A DNA stretch of 64,000 nt, taken from positions 186,001-250,000 of the forward strand of contig NOWV01000108.1 of NCBI GenBank assembly GCA_003344405.1, in the 5' to 3' direction. The notes below the pieces were generated by a model that was given only the letters and a program-made list of their open reading frames with translations, did no database searches and was not told where the DNA came from. The first letter of the stretch is position 1. Each line of letters starts with the position of its first letter. This document shows, one piece after another, positions 54,901-64,000 of this stretch. Both the position numbers and the translations under genes were made by a program. Source of the stretch: Trichoplax sp. H2. Taxonomy: Eukaryota.

Positions 54901-56459
54901 TTGTTTGGAACGGAATTGGGTAAATTTAAATTTTTGCTTATTGCTTTGTTTCTCAGGTCTTCAATATAACAGATCTCTACTCGATATGTTGAAGCTATCT
55001 TTAAGGGACGTCAAGTTCTTGGTTGTTGACGAAGCCGATAGAATGTTAGATGAAGGAAATTTTAAGGAATTTCAGCGTATTGTTACCGACTTTGATCTAC
55101 CAGCGATAGGAGAGCGTCAGACGATGATGTACAGTGCAACATTTTCAAAAACTATGATCGATATAGCTTCTGAATTTACCAGTGATAATGCTTACATTTG
55201 CGTTGGAGATACGGAGAAAGTCATGTCAAATATTACTCAAAATGTGATTCAAGTGCGATCTCTAGACGATAAGAAAGATGAGTTGCTGAATTTGTTACGT
55301 GATGAAGGTAAGTAGTATTGCTCGGTTATTGAAATTTATCACTATACTGCCTTAACGATTTATATGTCAGATTTAGGGAAATGCTTAGTCTTTTTGGAAT
55401 GTAAAATGGATGTTAACAATATAGTAGCAGATCTTAAGGATCAAGGCTTCAAAGTTGAAGCTTTTCATGGGTAACCGTCATAGAATGTGTTCCTTAACCG
55501 ATGATCGACTTTTACTTGCATTTTTAGAGATAAATTAATTTTTTTTTATATAGTGATAAATCGCAAGAACACAGAGAACATGTACTTCGTAACTTTAAGA
55601 AAGGAGCAATCCAAATAATGGTTGCTTCAGCTGCTGCTGAACGAGGCTTAGATATACCTAATATAAAACACGTAGTCATTTTTGATATGCCGAGAAAAAT
55701 TGGAAACTACGTACATCGAATTGGGCGCACTGGCAGACTAGGTGCGAAAGGTTACGTTACCGTATTCTTTAATCCAAGCCGAAATAGAGAAATTGCTTCA
55801 GATTTTGCACAACTCCTTCGTGATGTGAGTATGAGCTATTTAGAGTCGTTAATTTAGGCTTCTGAAACATTACAACCGTAATCATCTTACAGGCAGATCA
55901 AGAGGTACCGCGATGGTTAGAAGGCGATGATCGATCATCCAGGTTTGGTCGACATGGTGGTAGAGATGGCAATGGAGATTTTAATTCTGGTAGAGGTGGT
56001 CAGCGGTTTGACAGTCGGAATTCCAGAGGTGGTGGTCGTGAGCGAGGAAGAGGATTTGGCAATGGTGGTAGTAGTCGAGGCTTTGGCAATGGCAGTAGTA
56101 GTCGAGGCTTTGGTAATGGTGGTAGTAGTCGAGGCTTTGGTAATGGTGGTAGTAGTCGAGGCTTTGGTAACGGTGGTGGTAGTCGAGGCTTTAGAGGCAG
56201 AGGTATGATGGTCTTTAAATGTTGCGTAAGTAACTCTTCTAAAAGAACACGTGTTAATCAGTGGGAAATGTGTTTACATTGCATGTGCCGTAGATTCTGG
56301 TCGGTTCGATCGTGGGGGTAGTCGGAACTTTGGCAACTACTCGAACAATTCTCAAAGAAAAGATCGCGACAATATATGGGATAGGTAATTTACTTTCATA
56401 TGATACATTTATTTGGAATAGCGAACTAACGGCAATGTTTATTCATTTTCAGTGATTAG
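51917..56459 (+). CDS. vasa: Vasa-like DEAD-box RNA helicase (DDX4), multi-exon
   Basis: ATG|GTAAGT at 51917; N-terminus MSDSDDNW; Vasa-type VNYIPPPP...IFAPITVGVDFDKY; Q motif PTPVQ, AQTGSGKT, PTRELA, DEAD, SAT, YVHRIGRTGR; acidic Trp-containing end NIWDSD* (TAG 56457-56459). DEAD-box call is secure; Vasa versus PL10 is a motif-based judgement. Confidence 0.85.
56052..56186 (+). repeat. Coding 27-bp repeat x 5 (GFGNGGSSR)
   Basis: Units 'ggctttggtaatggtggtagtagtcga' at 56052, 56079, 56106, 56133 and 56160. Confidence 0.92.
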
Positions 56460-56993
56460 ATGATGATGGATGAAATCTCTATTTGAGTACTCTAAAGATA
56501 TTGTTTTCGAAGCAGTTGCTTTCGTATTTGTTGGCTGTATTGAGATGTTACTAATTGAGGGTGCGCTTCGATATGTTTAGTTTAGTAGTAGGAATTTATG
56601 TAAAGGGATTACACATAGGAAATAAGATGGCAAACATACATTTGATGCGTTATTCTTATAATCCCTGTAATTTTTACTTTTATTATAGTTACAAAGGTAT
56701 ATACAAGTGTCTCAGTACTAATATAAATTGTTAATTTTAAAAAGGCAATTTTCTATTTAATAAAATAGCGCTTCAAAATATTTTAATGATTTGCATTTGA
56801 TTGACGAGTATGCATAGAATATATATAATTATTTACCGATTATTTTACTGCGGTATCAAATTAATAATAGACATTATGGAATATGTCGAGTAGGATACGC
56901 TGGTATAATTTGCTGATTTTTTCGCAAGTTATCAGATGAAAAGTTTAGCCAATTTTTTAACGTTAAATCGTTTGTACGCGAATTTGATGGTAT

Positions 56994-59900
56994 TCAATTA
57001 GTGGTTTCCACTAATATCCTTTGCTTTGTGCCCTTCAAACGTTCCCTATTACATGACAAAGTATGAAAACTTAAATTTATTCAACTTGCATTGTATTCGT
57101 GTTGTACGGTACTGTAGATATGCTAATCCTATTGGAGAACTACGGCAGGCAGGTTTTCAATTTGCTGACAACCAAGATGGATTTGAAACAGAATACTGGA
57201 AAGCGGCAGTAATGTATAATTGTAGTGTTGATAAAAATATTCTAATGTTTACCTTAGTGCATTTTCTGCAGAATAGCTTAGTCGTACAGATTTTGATTTA
57301 AAAGCGCTGTAATGTCCATTTAAATTGCGTGAAACCGAATGGCTACCACTTGGATCAACTGGAAATCGATCTATGTCATATCTGCCGACTCCAACGCTAT
57401 TGGCATTTCCCGTAAAGGAACGATGCGAGACTCTATTAAATCTTGCGGAAGTGACATTAAATCCGTTTTTGTTCGGTCTTTTAATGAAAGGTGCGCTACT
57501 AGAACGAACTTCGTAATGCCCAGGTCCAGGATCATCCTGTATATAAAATGTATAAATTATGATGATTAAAGCAAACTGAATTCAATGTTTGAAGTGATTG
57601 TGGTTAGATTCCAATCTAGATACTCAGGCTGATTTTGCGAAATTTTTATTAAACTTCGTCCATTTAGATACCTCCACTATTACAGCGTTATAAATGTTTT
57701 ATAGTTATTACTGATATAATGCAATACACAATGGTGTTCACTGTACTGTATAAATCACTCGCTATTTAGTGTCTACATCATAGCAATTCATTCTAGAATA
57801 AATAATGTTTTGTGAAGAAGTGATGAAATCCTACCGGGTCTTTCGGACACTGTGTTAACGATTCGTAAAACATCCTTTCGCATGGCACTTTAGGATTTCT
57901 TGGCAGCTTGCTAAATTGCCCGTGATGTCGATGGTCGGTATCTATAATTAGTAGTCATAGTATTGTAATATTTCATACTCAAGTTTTGAAATCCTTCTAA
58001 CATACACATCAGATAATATACTAGCTGGCCATTAAAGATTTAATACCTTTCATTTTATCTAAAAAGGAACTAGTTTTATAGTGACCAGGTGGTAATTTTG
58101 GTTGAGGCTATTTTAAAAGAGAATTTATGAAAAAGTTATAAAGACGTGATCAAATGCCTTTACTATTAGATTTATTTATTACTCGGTGTTTGTACCCTGA
58201 CAGTTAAAAATAACTTGTGGTAGTATTTCATGTATACTTAATTGATCGCAATTGCATTACGTTGTTACTACTCTATTGTTATTGATAAATTTATAGCAAT
58301 TGCAGGAATAGCTGTAGCTGATTTTAGCTTGAATATTCGAATCTAATTTTGGCGTAACTCGTACGCTACAAATTTATGTAAGAAGATGGGTAGTTGTAAT
58401 TTAATGATTAATTATAGTATTTTAAGCATAAGAGTTGGTACCGGAGTTGTCATATGTCCAACTGTGATTGGTTTATGTCTTTCTCCTGTATAAACATCAT
58501 AGGGGCCTCTTACGCTGACAGTTTTACTTAAGAGTGTATCCAAGTAGCTCTTTAGCTGATAGTTTCCAGGACCTAGATTGCATCCCTGCATTCCAAATGA
58601 GATATCAATAAAGATAGTTCTCTTAACTATCAAGTATGTATGGATGTATTATATTTCGACGCTGTATTTTGTTGAATTCGTTCATTTGTTAGCTAGTACT
58701 GCACTTACAACAGTTGGCAAAGGCTTATGGCCTGCCGCTTTTGAATGTAATAAGCCGATTGTGCTGGTAGATTGACGCTCCTTTTCTTCTATTGCTGCCT
58801 GTGGAATTCCCCCGCGTCCATAAGTTCCAGGTCCAGGTACTTCATTCTTAAAAAGATTAGGAATTTAATTTAATTTATTATCCAACAGGGCAGTAAGTAC
58901 GTTATTTATAAATTAAATGCTATCACAAATGTAGTTCTGGTGATGTGATCTTTTACCTTTACAACTTCACGAAATCTTTTTTCTCTTATTTCGATTGCTC
59001 CTCTCTTACAACTTGGTTTTGTTGACAATGCTCGAATGAAATCATTCTTTTCTGTATTATAGGTACCAGGACCTAAATTCTTTTCCTATCAGTTATCGAT
59101 ATAGACTATTTACTACTATAGGTCTATAGTATATAGCATAGATGAAACTTTTGGTTGTAATAAAAAATGCATTTTATTGTTACCGCATCCTTCTTTTTTT
59201 TAAGAATCGATCTTTGTGCTAAATTTGGCATATCTTTAAGCTTTAAGAGTTCATCTTCCCTTGCCCATCCTTATATTATTGTTTCCGCAAATACGTTGAC
59301 GATTTATTACAGTACATTATACGTGTAGATAATATCAACATCAGACATGCAATAAGAAATTTTTAAATATAGATTTGAAATATTACCTGCAATGCTAATG
59401 TGTTGGTAGCAAAAAGGTGTTTCATAAGTTTAGAATGTATAATTACCTGGTCGTTTAGTTATGGCTTGCATAGCTTTATCACTGAAGCTACTATCTTTTA
59501 TATCGTACGTTCCTGGTCCCATACGAGCAAGCTAAGTTAATTACACATAAAATACACTAAGGGATTTGTTATTATAGTCTATCTTTTATCCTTATAAATC
59601 TTAAACAAATTTTTACGATCGAATGTTGAAGCACTTTACTGAAAATGTTGTATTACAAGAACGTATTACGTACTAGCTCCGATTTCGAATCATTGCAGTA
59701 AGCGATCTGTGTTAAAGTACCAGGTGGCATCAGTTGTGGGTGTAGACCTTTAACGTTAAACCTAAGTAAAGAAGTTTTTCATCAATCCGTTTTAATTACA
59801 GTTTAATTGAAAATAAATGTGTTAATATAGGGATAAATCTAGAACAATTTTTGATAATATCTATAGCGTAGTTTAATTCGAGTATGTTTTAGCGTTTTGT

Positions 59901-60326
59901 TAAATATGATTTACATATCTGTATGATAGAGCAATAAGTGCGCTTTTATGATTTGGTATCAATAGATATTACTATCCAGTAGTTATGTTTCATATGTAAG
60001 TTTTTGAAGAAAAATCTCTGCTTCTAGATTAGATACTTTCAGTCCTTGACTCATCTACATCGTCATTATTTTTTTAAGAGATTCGAGGAACAAGGTTGTA
60101 TTTGCTGATTATGCTGTAATTATTTTTTATAGTGAATCTCCTTAACTTAGTACTTAGTGAGAGTTAAAAATCGTGAGGCTGTTCTCTTTCATCATATACC
60201 CCGTATCTATGTATAACAGATATTTTATTTGGATGTTGTAACATACCTATCCGATTGGAAACCAAATGGCGCTCCTTTAAATCTTTTACTTACTTGTGAA
60301 GTTGGATTTTCTCCGTTAGTCGGCAT
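56994..60326 (-). CDS. LEXM: Lymphocyte expansion molecule / ciliary microtubule-associated protein 2-like (SHIPPO PGPGxY repeats), multi-exon
   Basis: Exon 1 MPTNG...FKGAPFGFQSDR then FNV; repeated GPGTY / PGPGTY / LGPGNY / PGPGHY; VSVRGPYDVYTGERHKP; last exon RERLKG...TTN* (TGA 56996-56994). Confidence 0.85.
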
Positions 60327-60629
60327 AATTACATGTATAAAATTGTGAATTAAATATTACTTGGGGATGAATTTATAAATACTGTAAGAGTTTGCTTTGC
60401 CAACATTAAAACCTAGAAGAATGTCTCGTTAAAATGCTGTAGTGTAATCAGACTTAATGGTATCTAAGCAACGAGGATCTGACTTACCGTACTGCATTGT
60501 TTATTCGTACGGTACTCTGCCAGAAACTTCTATTCTACTGACTGTACAGTACTCTACTTTACTGTGTATACGCAACTTTTAGGTGCTCTAATATATCACA
60601 GAGCTTAAATAAAGTACCTAAAAAATCGG

Positions 60630-61400
60630 TATCCCTGTATACGCAACTTTTAGGTGAAAGAAAAATTCTATGGGATATTACTACAATATATCCCTGTATA
60701 CGCAACTTTTAGGTGAAAGAAAAATTCTATGGGATATTACTACGATATATCCCTGTATACGCAACTTTTAGGTGAAAGAAAAATTCTATGGGATATTACT
60801 ACGATATATCCCTGTATACGCAACTTTTAGGTAAAAGAATGATTCTATGGGATATTACTACAATATATCCCTGTATACGTAACTTTTAGGTGAAAGAAAA
60901 ATTCTATGGGATATTACTACAATATATCCCTGTATACGCAACTTTTAGGTGAAAGAAAAATTCTATGGGATATTACTACAATATATCCCTGTATACGCAA
61001 CTTTTAGGTAAAAGAAAAATTCTATGGGATATTACTACGATATATCCCTGTATACGCAACTTTTAGGTGAAAGAAAAATTCTATGGGATATTACTACAAT
61101 ATATCCCTGTATACGCAACTTTTAAGTAAAAGAATGATTCTATGGGATATTACTACAATATATCCCTGTATACGTAACTTTTAGGTGAAAGAAAAATTCT
61201 ATGGGATATTACTACAATATATCCCTGTATACGCAACTTTTAGGTAAAAGAATGATTCTATGGGATATTACTACAATATATCCCTGTATACGTAACTTTT
61301 AGGTAAAAGAAAAATTCTATGGGATATTACTACGTACGATATATCCCTGTATACGCAACTTTTAGGTAAAAGAAAAATTCTATGGGATATTACTACAGTA
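60630..61400. repeat. Minisatellite, 59 bp x 13
   Basis: Unit 'tatccctgtatacgcaacttttaggtgaaagaaaaattctatgggatattactacaata'; period 59 from 60630; partial copy at about 60566-60583. Confidence 0.96.
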
Positions 61401-62640
61401 TATCGCTCAATTCTTATTCATACTACTACACGGAGTGCACTACAGTCTGCTTACAGTAGCATGAATTCCTAACTACACGATTATTGTGCTTGATTTTCAG
61501 TCTCGTCCCAATGAGAGCGTAGTATACGACGGTGAGTACGGCCAACGTAAGATATAACGCTGAGTATGTAATGTTGATTATTTCATTTCAGTATATGAAA
61601 AATTTGACTACTAAGAGTCCATTTATTAATTATTTAGAAGTTACTTTAGCATAACGGAAAGTAGAAATTGGGAGTCTTCAAGGTAGTTTACAATCCTGTT
61701 TTGAGCGTAGTTATTGGCGAATGCGTTATATAATCGTAATATAATAGTTTCATTGAGAAGTTATCCTTGAGAGGAGGGTATCTCAGTCATAACCAGCCCA
61801 AGTAAGCTTTTTATTTGTAACATTAAATTATACACGAAGTTTGCTACGTTGAACTATGTTCTAGTGTGCTAGGCATTTTTATAAGAAGTACAACGCTGTG
61901 CGTATGTAAATTTGGAGATGAATACCTGTCTAGAAGAGCTTAACCCGTACTAAGGGATGTTAAAATGGCTATGAAATAAAGTTAAAGTTAAAAAGTTTCG
62001 ATCTATTTCTTCAATTATATTTTGGCTATGTATTTGTTTTACGTATTGCTCATATTTACATTAAAATATTAAAATGTAGATGGAAGAATCCCCCAATTGT
62101 TGGACAAGCAAATGTTATAAAAAGCCTTGGTTTATATTATCAAGTTCAATTTCGTCGATGCAAAACTTCATTTATTGAAAATCTCTTTTAAGTACCTTCA
62201 ATAACGCCAGCTCTGTTAGTCATTTGTGATCAGTATCGGCCAATACAAAATTATAAAGCTACAGTAAGATACAGAGTACAAATATGTGGATATATCTTTT
62301 TCATAAAATGCTTATTTATATGTATATATACAGCAATAGAAAGAACAAGCTAAATTATTTCCATTTAAATTTCCAGCATTACTTCAAATGTTTAAAGTAA
62401 TTTCAAGTTTTCAAGTTTGCTAGTATAAAAGGTAAAAGATGCTAGTCTGGGTAATTGCATGCATGATTTCGTAGATATACAGTTATACGTGCTATCCAAA
62501 GATAAATACATATATTTTTAAAAATCGCACATCAGTAGAAATAGCCGCGGCTCAGCGGCACATCTTCCATGATATCGCATTGACTTTGTACTTTGTTAGG
62601 CAATATCGATTAAAGTATGGCTAATTTTAGCGTAGATGAT

Positions 62641-64000
62641 TTAATCATTGATTGCTATAGTTAACAGTTTATCGTCTTCATGCAAGGAGAATTTGCAAAT
62701 GTTCCCATCCGGTATATTGTATGTATGCACTCCATCAACAACGAGTTGAGCATTAAATCCTCGTGACCGTACTGTGAAACTATAAGCATGAAACATATAC
62801 ATAAATTTATGTTGAGTAATGAATGCGCGTATAGAACGCTCTATCCAATCAATATGGATGGCTAGACATGTTACAAAACTTAGCTAACTTAACATCAGGC
62901 CATGTTAATTGTAAAGTATCTAAGAATTTCTTCCAATGCTGTTTTAACGGCCTACCTTTTACAAACACCTTGCTTATATTTCGCAGAAAATATACCTATA
63001 TTTAGTGGTAACGAATAGTGCCAATTGATTTTTAACAATTATAGTTGCGAATTCACCATTACATAGGTCATATAGTCAACTTTTACCGTTTTCAATTGGC
63101 TCTCGAACAGCGAAAGCTAAGCGTTTTTCATTGGGGAGAAATTTCATACGTTGATTGTAATTTCTGGTCACTACAACGCAACACAATGAGATAAATTAAG
63201 TTACATTTGTTATCCTTGATAACCATGATGACAATGAATATCATCTCTTCACTATCTAATTTCGAAAGAATTGCAAATATTCGGGCATAATTTTCTATAA
63301 AGCTTTGAAAAACCTTTTTCGATATCGGATTTATCTATTTGTAATTTTTCTTGCGATGCTACAGAGAAATAGAGAAATAATACAATTATTATGGCTCCTA
63401 AATTATGTTGTCCTAGAATTAATTTTTATGGCAAATTTAAATTTAGATTTAGTAAAAAATAACTTTATACCTAAACGTAAAATGCTCTCAACTTCATCCG
63501 TTGCTATTCTGTTAATACTATAGGCCCTAAGTTATGCAATGAAATCAAAAAATTGAATGTGTGAAATTTAACTAAATAAATAACTCTAGCCTTAAAATTT
63601 AATCTACAAGATTAGCTACCATGATGTCGATCCTGTTCCAGTATATACAACTACGCCGGAACTTTTCTGCTTGGCTCCTTCACTACCATCAATGGACAGT
63701 TCATAATAGGATACGCTATAAAAAATACGTAAGATCAGAATTTAATTATCTATCCAATTAATAGTGGTTATTGCAATTTTCTTTCGGATTTTAATAAACC
63801 TCCTGAGATAAATACTATCTTATACAAGATAGTCTGCCTTTGCAATACCTGGAAGGTGCAGATTCACCGAAATAGATCTCGTTTAAAGCTAGTCTGGGAG
63901 CAATTTGGCAACTTTTGATCTTATTCTTATCAGAATTTGCAAAATCATGTAATGAAATTGGTTTCCAATCTTCGTTGTTATGTGATGACTGGTCCAAAGT
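62641..64000 (-). CDS. NADK2: NAD kinase 2, mitochondrial (3' part; gene runs off the window)
   Basis: LALNEIYFGESAPS then VSYYELSIDG...KQKSSGVVVYTGTGSTSW then AYSINR...AFAVREPI...VRSRGFNAQLVVDG...IND* (TAA 62643-62641). Confidence 0.9.

Noticed and set aside
55927..56208. Repetitive hydrophobic ORF (VVVVEAL repeats)
   Set aside because: Alternative frame of the Vasa GFGNGGSSR coding repeat.
60630..61400. CRISPR-like array
   Set aside because: Units are contiguous with no unique spacers, there are no cas genes, and the context is eukaryotic. The same holds for the 84-bp and 75-bp arrays.
61494..61600. Splice-like signals on the plus strand beyond the 59-bp array
   Set aside because: One small candidate exon with no coding continuation; not enough to call a transcript.

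Overview
AT-rich, gene-dense, intron-rich animal genomic DNA. The compact layout, short introns and intronless CYP clan-3 genes resemble an early-branching metazoan such as the placozoan Trichoplax; that assignment is an inference. Gene order: phospholipase C, delta-like (-); LRRC42 (+); a 3' CYP fragment (-); a ~190-bp palindrome-bearing tandem array with a solo LTR inserted in it; two intronless cytochrome P450s (+, -); RIMOC1/C5orf51 (-); a probable haplotype duplication around an assembly gap; glycogen debranching enzyme AGL (+); TMEM19 (-) head-to-head with EXOSC3 (+); a divergent Vasa/DDX4 (+); LEXM/CIMAP2 (-); and the 3' part of NADK2 (-). Several minisatellites are present. Best leads: a candidate internal first exon giving a PH-less PLC isoform with an MSCC-plus-polybasic N-terminus; a U12-type intron in the same gene; a Vasa with nine consecutive phase-0 exons, a C-terminal GFG/RG repeat and altered helicase motifs; a solo LTR with a perfect target-site duplication; and a P450 with AGYRTT in the I-helix. 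All gene models were read by eye and have no transcript support. No prokaryote-type system (CRISPR etc.) is supported.
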